Assembly: GCF_001194135.2 (NCBI RefSeq)
Contig: NC_068981.1
Span: 158,595,560 to 158,659,559, forward strand
DNA length: 64,000 nucleotides
Direction: 5' to 3'
Origin: Octopus bimaculoides
Lineage: Eukaryota
A program made the translations under genes and the position numbers. Below are positions 24,212 through 38,200 of this stretch, one piece after another (positions within the stretch are counted from its first letter, which is position 1; each line of letters opens with the position of its first letter). Under the pieces are notes generated by a model, which was not told where the DNA came from, ran no database searches, and was given only the letters and a program-made list of their open reading frames with translations.

Positions 24212-24773
24212 GGATCTTTTTTAAAACGGGGGCCACATTTTTCATTAATGTTTTACGTAGTGCTTTTGGTACCGAAAGACTTTCAAACTTCGTATACTTA
24301 TCTATTTTGTGTTATAGAACAGAAAAATATTTTTGTATTCGAATTTATTTCATGTAAAAAATTGTCTTATTTCGATAATTTCAACCAATCACTGACGTCC
24401 ATTCAGCCGATATACATTAAGTGCCGACTACATAAACAAACGATTCTTCGTTTTATTTGCTTTTTTCATTTTAAATTTGCTTTAACCCTAACCCTAACTC
24501 TAACCCTAGGGTTAGGGTTAGAGTTAGGGTTAGGGTTAATTGTTTCAGAATCGTTTATGTAGTCGGCACTTAATGTATATCGGCTGAATGGACGTCAGTG
24601 ATTGGTTGAAATTACAGAAATACGACAACTTTAACATGGAATAATTTATGGATTTCTTTTTTTTTAAAGAAGTCTAAGAGAAAAAGATGTTTTATATGAC
24701 ACATTCTACCAGTGTTCCCAGTTTCAAAGTGTTTCGTTAATGAAAAATGTGGCCCCCATTTTAAAAAAGATCC
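24212..24773. mobile_element. MITE with 37-bp TIRs, GG termini and 8-bp TSD (Merlin-like), internal telomeric palindrome
   Basis: TIR GGATCTTTTTTAAAA(c/t)GGGGGCCACATTTTTCATTAA with 1 mismatch; TSD ATAATTTC at 24204-24211 and 24774-24781. Confidence 0.85.
24482..24539. repeat. Inverted telomeric repeat (TAACCC)n-(GGGTTA)n
   Basis: ttaaccctaaccctaactctaaccct|agggttagggttagagttagggttagggttaa. Confidence 0.95.
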
Positions 24774-26156
24774 ATAATTTCTTACATTTGTCCAAGGCCA
24801 CATATATATAAGGGAATAAGTAATCTATCAGCTCAATTCATGAATACTTTTAGTCCCTCTTATTTTCATTAATCCAAGTGGAGACTTTTACACTGGAAAA
24901 TTGTAATTATCTGAATTAAAATCAGTTTACCAATGGTATTTATTTTATCAATCCCAGAAAAATATAAAAGGTGGAGTCAACTATGACAAGATCTGAACTT
25001 GAAGTCAAAGAAGATAAAAAATACATTCAAAAATTGTATTTAGGCTAGTGCTCTGCTCTCAGCTACCTCCAATTATGAAAAAAAGAAAAAAAATTATAGT
25101 GTAGTGAATGAAATGTAAGGTTCATGCTTTAGTCATGAGCAATAATGGTAATAAGAAATCAATTTTAATTAGGAGCTGAAGCAAGTTCACAGAAACTACA
25201 CCAGGTAGTTGCTTCTTGTGTTAGGGTACTTGTCATACTAATGTTGGTGGTGATGATATTGTAAATGAAAACATGACTATGAAATCCTAGGAGGAAAGAA
25301 ATGGGGTGCATTGTTCATACTGTTCCAACAGAACATTAGCAGCCATTCATTCATCTTCTATCTGCTCTACTATGCACATCACACAATAATAACTTTACAT
25401 ATTGGCAAAGGGCCAAAAATGTGTAGGGGTGTTGAAAAGTTGGCTGAGTTAACTCTAGGATATTAATGTTATCTATTCTGTTAATAACAATTAAGATAAT
25501 AATTTCAATTGATTAAGCTCAGGATGACCAGCTTTTGGAGGCACAGTGTACAATTAATTGAGCAGGCCTATACATTCCAGTATGATCTTCTGGTATCAAT
25601 CTCTCTAGGATGAAATGCAAAACAAACTAAAAAAAGATTTAAACCCAAAACAAAAATGGACAAAATTACAAAACAAAATACTCTAAGGTGTTTTAGGCAA
25701 TGAGGTCTGATGCATCAGTGCTCTCTACTCAAATCATACCCCATAAAAATCATAATATAAACTTAGCATCAGTTTCAGAGTTTTCACTAACAAGATGTTG
25801 ATTCAGGAGAAATGAGAAATGGAGGGTGTGAAAATATGGAGATGGGATTGTGTGCTAAACCAGTTGTAGAAAATAGTCATTTGTTTCAAGTGAGCAAGAA
25901 GGCAGATTTAGGGGCGGGAACTCAGGAGCAACTAAGGTGTCGGCTCACTGGTTACTTATAAATAAAATCAATCTTCTATTTACTGTTTGTGTACAAGTGT
26001 TTATGTATTATCACAGACCAGTGCATTTCTTTCCAGCTGTTTTAAAAACATTCTATTACTTCACAAGGTTTTGTTGTGTATATTTATGCATTTCTGTATG
26101 TATGTGTGCAACAAAGAAAGTTTCTGAGGTTGAGCAACAGGAGGGAGAAAAAATTG

Positions 26157-26255
26157 TCAAGAATCACAAGCGGCAGTCACTTTCTCAGGAAGTTCACAGC
26201 CAACATAAGCATCATTCTCTACACAGTACTTCAATAATGTTAACCAATAGAAATC
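26157..26255 (-). CDS. MOV10L1: MOV10L1 last exon ([32 protein letters not shown])
   Basis: tttccAG acceptor, TGA at 26159-26157; resembles the D..W..LL.Y...N..Y.GC.LP tail of MOV10L1; not in the ORF track. Confidence 0.88.
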   Translation of the reverse strand, partial: DFYWLTLLKYCVENDAYVGCELPEKVTAACDS

Positions 26256-29200
26256 CTGGAAAATAAACAAAAATTTTAATAAATTACAACATTAACAATT
26301 TCTAATGGAAGTACAAGGTTATTCCATCCCCACATCCCTATGAGAGAATATCTGATTGATTACTTTGGACCTAAATTTTTACTCATATCTACTCATATGA
26401 AAACTTTTACTCATATCTTGGTTCAATCTGCTAAAAACAGGAACCAAAACAACCTCAAATTAAATGCTACCACTTTGTATAATCCTAGACATACTGTATT
26501 AAAAAATAGTTTCAGCTTGATTAGGGTGAATGTCGATAGTGCCATATACCAGCTGTTATTGTGGTACAGAGGGCTGAAAAGTAATATGGAGTAAAGTGAA
26601 TATCAACATTTTCAATAACATTATTCCAGCTCTCTCACCAACAACAAACTAGCAACCTTTTGAATTAAATTACCCAAATCCTTTCAGCCTAGAAAGGTTC
26701 TTCACTTAAAAATGAACATAACAGTGCAATATTATTATCTCTGAGTTTCCACTTAAATGTTGTGGCCATCATGTAAGAACTGTTTTGTAATTATATAATC
26801 ATAAAATCTTTAGTTCTGAACAAATACTAAAATTAATATGTATTGAATACTGAGTGAAGTAATATATCTACATAATAAGAAACAAGAAGTTTTAAAATAT
26901 TCTCCTCTTGCTGTATTCATATGTTTGTCTGTGTACTTAAACATAACCAAATCTTTACAAGTGTGATTCTGTGATGCTCCTCCACTGCCTAATCTTTACA
27001 ATCAGACATCAACCTACAAAACTTCAAGCTGAACATCGATTGACTCAAATGTAGCAATCTTGGAAGGCTAGCAAATGATACAAGCACTGTCTCACTTTCT
27101 TTGACAAGCTAAACAGAAAACGCCTTATCACTTGCATTTTTTTTATATCAAAAAAATAAAAATTCAGAAACATGCAATTTCATGGGTTGGTAAGCATACT
27201 CTGCTCAATGCTGGTCAAATAACCATCAAATTGTTCTCTATTTTAATGTTGAACAATAACCCTTCTTTCTACACGACTATACTAACATCAGCTTCAAACT
27301 GTTTTGTTGCACTACTCTCATTAAGAACATGGCTTAGTGGTTGGGGTGTTGCACTCACAATCATAAAAGTGTAGTTTAAATTCCTGGACCAGGTGTGTTG
27401 TGTTCTTAAGCAAAACACTCAATTTCATCTGGTTCCAATCCACTCAGTTGTAAATCAGTCCCAGTAATAGCTGGGAAGTTAACCCTGTGATAGACCAGCA
27501 TTCTATTCAGTGGAGAATGTTGTAATTTCAGTCACAAATATGCCATTGAAAGCCAAGTCAAACTGACTGTATTAGTGTTAGGTCTCATGACAGACCTACA
27601 TACACTTCCATTATTCATTCATTCATCACATCACTGCAACAAATTAAGTCAGCCTTTGTCCACAACTACATCATTCCAGAACATCCTAACACATGTTGAT
27701 TCTACAAATATATAACAGTGTATTACTTATGCATATAATTTGACAAAGGAGGATACAGCTTTCAGTTTGAGTTTTGATTGTAAATAAGAGTTGCATGTTA
27801 GAGAAGTACATCATTAGGAGCCATAGTTTTCCATTTCTTTATTGCAGCATACATTGGACTTTTTCCTACTGCTAACAATACAACTTTTAAGGAATATAAC
27901 TTGCTTTCAGCTACGGAGATGTCAATAAATACAGATATGGACTTTGCTCAGACACACAGGTCAATGACAAAAGGAAAATTTAAAGTTTAAACTCATTATT
28001 ATGTGTTCCACACCATAATCTCAGCCATTTACTGACACCAATATCCTCCCCACCATAAAAAAAAACATTCCCTAAATTCTCAAATCCAAGAGAACTCTGT
28101 CAAGTTACTGGAGATTCACAAGAGTACAACAAATTATGATATAATAACAAGAAATCCTTGTGCTTACTTACATGCATCAAGACATAGGGGTTGCCTACAA
28201 TTATGAGCAGTGCTTGAGCACGGGTTATGCACACATTGAAACGCTTGGGGTTGCAAAGGAAACCCAAAATGTGACGCTGATCAAAGTTCATTAGTTCTTC
28301 ATTGGTACGAACCTATGAGGGAATAAAAGTAATTAGAAAGTTGGAATCAAATTCAAAAGATGAGATGTATGATGATGGAGCCTTCACATGGTTGCTCAAT
28401 TTGTTAGAAATAGCAGTCAAACACTTAAGTCACACCCTAAGGAGAGACATTAAATAGTATAATCCTATAAACCACTAAAAACTAGAGATGTCATGGTTGA
28501 GGTGCTTTTTCTCATAAGTTTCCTTCTTTGAGGTTGACCTGGAGTTAACAATATAACAACCATCAATTATTTTCACATATACCACCATGGACCAAACAAG
28601 AAAGCCTCTATATAGCCACTTGACTTGCTAGAAATAACAGTCAAATCTCCCTGATAGAACACAATGTACTTCTATATACCCCTAAAAGGACAGACTGGTT
28701 ATAGCAAGAATGTCTCTGATGATAGGTTTGCTTATTTAAGGATGACCTGGGGCTAAAACAATATCTACCACCGCCAGCACCATTCGTATTTTATCCTCTA
28801 AATTTGCCAAATTTATATTATGCTTATCAGAAAAATTACTGGAGTTATATTTTTCAAGAAAATCAATCCAAAAATAGGAGTAAATATTAAAAAGAAGTGG
28901 TTAGTCCATGAAACAATAATCTTATAGTCATCTCTTCTACATAGAACTAACAATGTTTTTAATGTCAGGTCACTATCTCAGCTTTTCTTATAAGTTAACA
29001 TTACACATCCAAAAGGCAACATAAAATATTTTTCTCCACTCATTGTAAACCCTCTACATTTATTGCTCATGACCGTCTGCCATACAATATCACACTCCTT
29101 ACATTTCACATACTTGAAACTTTAACAACCTAACTATCACTAACTGTCTTTGGCAAAAAATTATGTCAGTTAGGTAACAGAATTTCAAGCTACCTGTAAT

Positions 29201-32200
29201 AGCATCAGTAATACTTACTGCTGAAATTATTATTGCCTTCCTTTCTTGACCTTGGAACTCTTCAACAGAACCAACTTTTACAACATCTCGGCCAAGGTGG
29301 GACAATAACATACGAATCTTCTCTACCTGTAATAGCAACAAAAAAAGATCTCTACAGTAATTCTATGGTTAATTGTAGAAGATAAAACAAACAACAAAAA
29401 CTATGAAAATATATATATATAAAAAAAAAAGCAAAATTCAAATACAACCACCCATGCAGCACTCCACCCAACACACAACCCAGATGGTACTCCACCCAAA
29501 ATATAGCTCACAAAGCAATCCACCCAACAGATATACCTAACATATCTGATAACACATCAGAAACTATAGCAGAGTCTTCCTACCCCTGATGGAAGTGTGC
29601 CATATCCAGTTAGCTGGATATGTGTGCCACTCGTGAAGATTTCAGTGATAACATACATCTAACACAGAACTCACAAGAACTAGAACAGCTTTAATAGCTT
29701 ACATACATTGAAAAGCAATTTATTCTAAATCATCCTGGTTTATATATTAGGGAAGTGAACAAGAATACACCTGCTTTGACAAGGTTATCCTACAAAAGCA
29801 GTAATAAAAACAGTTGCCAGACTTTCAATGCTAACATTAGTTATAAATTTGAAATTCCAACTACATACCTGTTTTCTATAAGGAGTAATAATACCGATAT
29901 CTTCTTCAGTCAAATAAGAGCTGTAATCAGCTAAAAGGCCTTGCAAATATCTCACTACTTGCACAGTCTCAAAAGGATTAAACCATGAAGGACAGTTGCC
30001 TTCCCTCAAATCTTCACCCTAAAAATATAAAAAATAAAGTATAAGTTAAAACTGAAGCTGAAAGAATTCGTAAATTCTTCAAAGAATCAGATTAAGCATT
30101 TATATTAGTTTACCAATTTAATAAAACAAGTTCAAACAGTAGAGCAGCTTACTTGATATGTTTCAACAAATTAAAAACAGCAGAGGTGAGTAGAATTACC
30201 TTTTGGAAGAAAAATTTTTAGCTATTTCAGAATACCCACATGCTTATGTCCACTACAAAGTCTCACTCTGCCAAATCAGATTGGAGCCTGGTGTGGCCAT
30301 CTGGTTCACCAGTCCTCAGTCAAATCGTCCAACCCATGCTAGCATGGAAAGCAGACGTTAAACGACGATGATGATGATGATGATGATGATGATTTATACA
30401 TCATAAGACCTCAAAGTATACTTTTACATCCAGACATAGTTTTAAAATTTATATTGCCATCAGTTCCTTAGTCCTCGCTCTATGGAAAAACAGGGTTACA
30501 CAATCTTTTCCCCTCAAAACTGCATCTCTCTAGAATTTCCACCCTGTCCCAATACTACTTTCAACCATTAACAATGAAAATATCCAAACTAATAAGTGAC
30601 TATTTAATGTTAATCTATTGTAAGCATAAGGCTATAGATATTACCTTTCCTCCCACTTCTCAAAAATAAGAAGAAAATGTATAGCTAAATTTTAGGATCT
30701 TACTAATATTTAATGTATCAATCCCCAGTTGGTGAAACAAAAATCAACTCTGGTAGAATTTTTAACTCAAAATAGGTTATCACCAAAACTACATCCAGTA
30801 TCTAAGGAGCACCACATGTCTTGCCATCTCTTCTACATACAATTTTATTGTTTTGCATCTTATTTTAGCAAGGGATGGTTACAGGAGCAATTATTTTTAC
30901 AGTTAAATGTCTTACCAAACAAGAACTTGACTTGTTAACAGAGAAAATGAAGTTGAGAATGATGTACCTTGCTCTGAGGGTAATGTTTGAACTTATGGCC
31001 ACTTGATTAGGAGTCTAAAACCTAAATCTCAGTTGCTGGGTCTCTTTATTTCTACTCATTAACTACATTCACAAATAATCATGAAATAAATTCAATAAAA
31101 AATCACTTACCCGAATTCCATGAAAAAGTATTGGCACTGTCTTGTTGGGTAATGACTTCCATCCACAGAGGCTGTGGGTAAGTGTTTTCTCTGCTTTCAC
31201 CTCCAGTTCATTGGCATAGAATAGAACTGATGGTAGGTGCAGCAAAGCAGGATGGGAGCGATAGTTGTATATAAGCTTCGTCACCTACAATGAAGATGAT
31301 GTTAATGAGACTATGTTACAGGAGCAAGGCCCTCATGGACCTCTTCCATTTAGAGATTATATTTTAAAAACTTCTAGCAGTCCTAAAATCTTTTACATTG
31401 CCTTTAGTAAACTGAACAGTAATATATCAAGCCATATACTCACCAACATTGGATCAAAGTATCCAGAAGTGACAAATTTGGTTTCATCTCTGGAATAAAG
31501 TTCTTGTCCCATGATTCTTTCTAAAAAGGAAAGTTCTAAACCATGAGATTTGGTATAAGGAGAATGCAGGATGGGACCAAGTTGCTCTGGATCTCCAGAA
31601 AGAGTAATCTGAAAAATAAAATCAAAGCACAAAACTCTCAATAATCACTTGAATAGAAAGCTAAAATAATTATAGATTAAGATTCATTTTCCCAGATTGT
31701 CAATATTTGGACAGTTCTTCAAATATCTTGCAACACTTTCTCACTCACAATACAGTATCCATTCACATTTTTAGCCCATAAAGTTGTCAGCTATTTAGTT
31801 TCGTCATTTCAATTGCACACATCTCTCATGATCACATCAAATAACCAATCAGTCATACTCATCACTACAAAGAAAAGTTGTCATAAACACTTTCTTTTTT
31901 GTTTCAGTCATTAGACTGTGACTATACTAAGGTTTTAGTTGATTATGTCAGCCCCAGTACTGTCTAATGCTTATTTTTGATCAACCTCAGAAGGATGAAG
32001 GGCAAAGTCAACTTAGGTGTGTAGGGACAGAAATCAAACACCACAAGGTATTTTTTATCCAACTTAACAGCCATATTTGATTATTTGGCATGAAAGCTGT
32101 AGCTCAGATATGTTTTGTTAAATCTCAGTATCTTAATTAAAGCTATAAAAAAGAATTTAAGAAGCTTACATGAATAACTATTATTACATAATAAATAACT

Positions 32201-35200
32201 TAGGTATATGTAATTAGGTATATATAACAGCAGGAAAAAGCTAACTTGTAGTTTTAACCCTAAAGATTTGAAAGCAAATTCTGCCTTGTAGTCAATCAAC
32301 CAGCGCTAAACTATCTTCAATGGTTCAATATAAGACAAAAACCATTAAGTTGTTTCTATGAATGCCATACAGTCAACCAATCACCACTCACCTGTCCATC
32401 TGTTCCAGCTACTAGTCCAACTGGTATTAAACATTCTGGTTCTGTTGCTTGCCCAGCCTAGTAAAAGAAAGAAACAAAGAAGTTATTACAGAACTATATA
32501 TAATGAAACAGATTGTCAATCCAGTTTTCCATGCTAGTATAGGAGGATATAAATTTTGATATTTCCTTGTGAATTATTAGGGTTGATATTTTTACAGAGA
32601 GTCAAAGCTGGTCGAATGCTGGACAACTGTGCGGTATTGTGTCCATGACCAAGATGGTTAACTGCTGACAGACCACTCCACTTAGCTCTAGCTGGAATGA
32701 TTCATGATTATAAATAGAACGGTAAAATTAATGAGTATTTCATTGTGCTCACATCCTTCTATGAAATGGTATCACTGAAACATCAATGCAGTAAATTTAA
32801 TCACTACCATTCCTGAGTAGAATCAACATGTTTTACAGTTGGATACTTCAACAAATTTCAGCTCAGCAACTTTGAAGTGAGAGCATGTGTTTATCTGAGG
32901 GAAATAATATGACTGAAGCAAGATTTGAAGTTGTGACTAATCAGTGAGCTAGCTGACCTACAGCCTCTAACCATCCATCATAAACAATACTTGTTCCTCA
33001 ATGAATACTTTGTTCCAATTTGTAGAATAACATCTTCACTTAATTGCTTTGGTATAGAAACCATCTTTTAATTTTAGATTTAAAAGATTAGATGACAGGA
33101 AAGTCATCTAGTTACAAAAATTAAATGCTTGTACTTAATATTCATGAAAATGTACCATCTCTTCACAAGTCATTGGGTCCCTAAGGATCATTTTCAAGGC
33201 AGTATCAGGAGAATAAGTCAGTTATCTCTTTACAGGCTTCTGACAACAACCAGAAATCCTATGTATAAGTTATAAGTAAAATGAAATGAAACAACTCAAT
33301 TAAAAATTGAATAATCATCTGACTTGGCCTAACAGGAGCTTATTACCATTCTATTGCACATATACAGTAAAACTACAGTTTAACTCATACAAAAACAGAA
33401 TCTTAAAAGAATTAGAGATAAAAAAGGAGAAAAGCTCTCACCTCATCAATAAAAACGTGTGTAAAATGGCCAGGCTTTAATCCATAAGTATACAAAACGC
33501 CTGAATTCACACAAGTAGAGATAATAATTCGATAATGTACAACAATATCAAGATTATTTCCAGAAGAACAATATGGCCGAATTTTATCTGGTATATTCTG
33601 AAAAAGAGAGAAAATAGGCACCATTAATAATAAATGTTTATTTTACAATCTGGTTAATTAAGGTTAACAAAACACCAAGAATCATATACCGAAAAAGTTT
33701 ATTGTGATCTAGGTACTATCCTGCATTCTATAGGTTTTAATTTGCTCGGAAACTATCTTTAGCTACTATAGAAATGCTACAAATTGGAAAAATTTAAGAA
33801 CTAAAACTTGTTAATATTACCATACTCAGTATTGTGTTATGGCAGATGCTTCACCTTTTCATTCAAATCAGTTCAAACTGTTGTTGCCAATGTAAAACTT
33901 CCATTATCCCTAAACAGATCGCTAGTCTACTTACGTTGTTGTTAGAGGTTCTTTAGTCCAAATAATTTTGATGCAAGTAAATCTATATCATTTCCATATA
34001 GATGCAACTGTAGTCATTCCTTAAAACATCAAAAAAAGTGCTTACCAAGTTTTAGTGTGTCTACAGTTTGGAAATATCACATGGAAATTACAGTACACAA
34101 CTCTAAAATACACATATAACACTTGCCTACAAGCTTTATAAAATATATTCTTTACCCCATCTAACAGGACCCAACACTTTACAGAACATTGAAAGAGTCT
34201 CTATGAAGTTGCAATTCCACTAATAACAATGGCCAAATTGCCCTCCAATCACACCCTAACATCTTAAATAAAAAAAGGAAGGGCACATTGGACATTGATA
34301 TGTAATACATTGATATACAATAAAAAACAGAGAAGTCACAACTGAAATCCCTTTGGTCATAGGTATGCTTGATCAGAAGTTGAGCAACTGAACACCTTAG
34401 TTTGTACACACCACTGACCCCAACCTTGCAAGATACATGCATACCTTACTTTAACAAAGTCTAAAGTCAATTCTAGACTGCTCCCTATAAATAAATCTTA
34501 CTAAAAGGCTCCTCTCCAGAAACCATTCCATCCACTTTCATCAATCCTAATTTGTAATTTAGTAGTTACTTACATCTTCATTCCTCTGGAAAGCATTCAG
34601 CCGTACCATGTCCGTTAACTTCAAAATACCACTTTTATGAAGCCTTTCAGCCTGCAAGAGAAATGTTGATTAGCGACAGGTTAATAGCAAAAACTTGTTC
34701 AAACTGTACAGACTGCCAGGAGAAGCACACTAATGCAGCTAACACCAAAGAGAGGAAAGAGTTACATTACTTTGAGAATTCCTAGCAAAGCTAAATATTA
34801 TTCTGAGATTTTAGGATAAACCATTAAACAAGATAGCTGTGCGAGCCATGTACAGGGATGCTGTCAGTAAGGTGAGAATTGGCAACAAGTACAGTGAAGA
34901 ATTCCAGGTGCTGGTGGCACATAAAAGCACCCACTACACTCTTGGAGTGGTTGGCATTAGGAAGGGCATCCGGCACTAGAAACTCTGCCAGATCAGATTG
35001 GAGCCTGGTGCAGCCATCTGGTTCGCCAGTCCTCAGTCAAATCGTCCAACCCAAGCTAGCATGGAAAGCAGATGTTAAACGATGATGATGATGATGTCTT
35101 CATTTTAAATTAGCTTTCTATGCTGGTACAGGTTGTATGGGTCATCATAGTCCAAATCATTTCTAATTCAGCATTACTGCCCTCCCAGGTAAGTTAGAGG

Positions 35201-38200
35201 ACCTTTTCTCACCTGTCCATTTCATTTTTGGTTTGGTTTCTACAACTGGATACTCTGCATAACATCAACCATTTTAGAGTGTGTATAGAGTACATTTTAC
35301 CATGGCACCAGCACACAGGAAGTTATCATGTCCTTGATATCACTACAAAGTCCCCTCAATCCAATGACTTCATTACTCATTTGCCAACTGCTTTCCAAAA
35401 TGTACTCACTGCATTTTATTGCGGCATCAGAACTAGTGAGATTGTTTTGTATCCCATAAGACTAAAGAGTTATTGTTTTCATAACCAAGACAATAAATAG
35501 AAGAGAGGGCAATGACAAAAGAACTAAGATGAGTGAAAGAATAAGAGTGTGACGGTAGAAACAGAATAATGGTTAGAAATAGAGGTGGACAATGTTAATA
35601 GAAAGTGATACATGTGAATAACAAATGGTTTCAGGAAGAGGAGTGATGACAGAACAGAATATTCAATGCAACTCTTTATACAGAGGCTTCATGATAGGTA
35701 AGAGAGATAGAGTGTGTGATAAGGATGGTATTGAGTAGGAATAGGTCCAATACCATCCCTCATTACAAGAGTGACATGGTACAGTGAATAGGAAAGAGAC
35801 CGACTATCAGAGTGATAAGAGGATCAAGCAGCATGGAACAGGAGATCCACTGCCATCCTTAGTTGTTCACATGAGTAAAGAGAGAGAAGAGGGTGTCAAA
35901 GAGACAGCTGATGCAGCAGGAATAAACTTAACAGAGAAACACAGGGTAAGAGAATTAAAAGTTAGATTATATGCCTCAGCTTTCATCATTACCTTCTATT
36001 TTTAACATTTGTTTTGCCATGCTTGCAGAAACAGGTGATTGATGGAAGAACTTGGTAGCTGGCATGTAATCATTGCAGTGTAGGTGTGTTGTATGCAGCT
36101 GCAGTGTGACTATCTATATATATTATATAGTCTTGATGTTCTACAGTTGTTCTGAGAGACAAAACTAGCTATATGAGCAAGGTGTTCTAACAAGAGATAC
36201 ATATGAACAGGATGTTTACAAATATTTACTGACAGGTAGAAAGTGAGCATAAAATCATAATTTCTATGATAACCAATGATCTATGTTGCAGATAACAGAG
36301 CAGAGTTAACCCTATATTAAAGCAGAAAAAACATTATGCTAGTATCATGGTACATCTGAGAACAAATCATATGATAAAAGCAATGGAGACATAGTATTCA
36401 ATATGAAAACAAAGCCTCTACCTAAAAAATACCACTTACCAGGAGGTCAGCAGCACTATTGGATGGTGCACAGGCCAGAATACGACTGCCAGGAAGTTTG
36501 GTTAAGATTTGAAGGATAGTTTCAACAAGAGTTATTGTCTTCCCAGTACCTACAAAAAACAAAATTTGGTATATTGAAACAAATAAATATTCTCTCTCCC
36601 AGAGAGAGAGAGAGAGAGAGAGAGAGGGATTGTTCTCTTTGTAAAGCCAGACACATTGTTCACAAATGACAAAATCAAAACAATAACATCAAATATAGGA
36701 AAAACAGTCTAAAATAAAAGCAACTAAATAAAGAAATAAGAAATGTATGTTAAGCCAATCTCTGATTCTATTACAAAAGACGCAACCCAATAGAACAAAA
36801 CAAAATTCTTATGTATCTAAATTTGCATCTTTGCAAGCAAAAAGTAGCCATAACTTAAAAACAGTCAAGCATCTCAAGTCTAAATGATGTGGGCTTTGCT
36901 TTTGTTAATGGTTCCTAATCTATAAGAAATGCCTTAATGAAATAATATAAATCATAATGTTTTCAATGTTGTGAGTAATAATATTCAGTTAACTGATGGA
37001 GCTGATCCAGGGGATACTTGCATAGAAAAAAAGAAAAAAAGAACTATGCTGACTCTTTATAGAAAGCACTTATTCTCAGCCAGCTAAAGTACTGTTCCTA
37101 GATTTAGTTTCATACAACATACCCACACTAGTAGAAGCTCATTGGTTAACTGGAAATGAGTCAAGACATCTGAAAATTGCTTCTCTCCTCTGACTTCACG
37201 AAAAACAAAAAGAAAACTATATACAAAATCATTAACATACAAAAGATGTGCAAAATTAACACAATATTACTTCACTACACTAGAAGTACTATTATCATTG
37301 TCAGATACCAACTAAATACAGCAACAAACTTGGTCTTCATGTACACGTTCACTTCTCAATGGTTTCCCCAACACTACAGATGATCTTCAAGGAATAGAGA
37401 AATGTGTTTATGTGTTTTATTTTCAAATCTGCTATGCAACATACCAAATAAATCAACAGTCTATTTGGGAGAACAGAAGTGAGCTGTGATCCCAAATCTC
37501 GTAATCTACCAAATACTAGCATGCAGCCTACAATTGTAGTACATCAACCTAGAGGCTGAATTCAATAAAATAGAGTACATGAGCACGTAGAGACAGAAAC
37601 AAGGTTTAATGAAATTTAAAATTTTACCTGGTGGTCCAAACAAAATATAAGGCATCGGGCGACACTGGCCAAGAAGAATCCGTTTGACCGCAGACATTTG
37701 TCTGTCGTTGAGTTGCCTGTTAAAAAACTGCAGAGTGAGTTGAGAAGAAATATCCACTCGAGAAGCTGATTTGGTTGGGGTCAAATAACTTGACTCAGTA
37801 GCTTGGTCTGATGATGGATTGTACAGTGGTGGTTGATTTTCAACAGTTGTAGGAAATAGCACTGAAAGAGGACACGATGAGTTTCAGGTTCAAGATCTAC
37901 CATTGATTAATGTACAATCACTTTCATGCAAGTCACATTACTTGTCTCCTTTTATCTGGCAAAGCAATAAGTATTACTACTAGTTGGAAGGTAGGAAGTC
38001 AATTTTGAAAATAAAAACACTTGCTGCAACATAACTTAAGCATTAATGAAAGAAAAAAGCAATAATAATGAATATAAAACATTCATGTCTGATATCTGCA
38101 AACCTCTTGGAGACCACATGTGATAAAGCATGTCCTCAATCTCATGTGGAGCACATCCACAATATCTTGTGAACCATTTCTTGCAACTCACATGATAATG

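Noticed and set aside
24482-24539. Ancient chromosome end-to-end fusion site
   Set aside because: It lies inside an element with TIRs and an 8-bp TSD, and the mirrored variant points to templated copying.
17912-26156. Hidden gene between the convergent DNAH3 and MOV10L1 ends
   Set aside because: No exon chain with consistent phase or recognisable peptide was found; exon-like pieces at 26943-27108 and near 25290 (minus strand) hit early stops or give no recognisable peptide.
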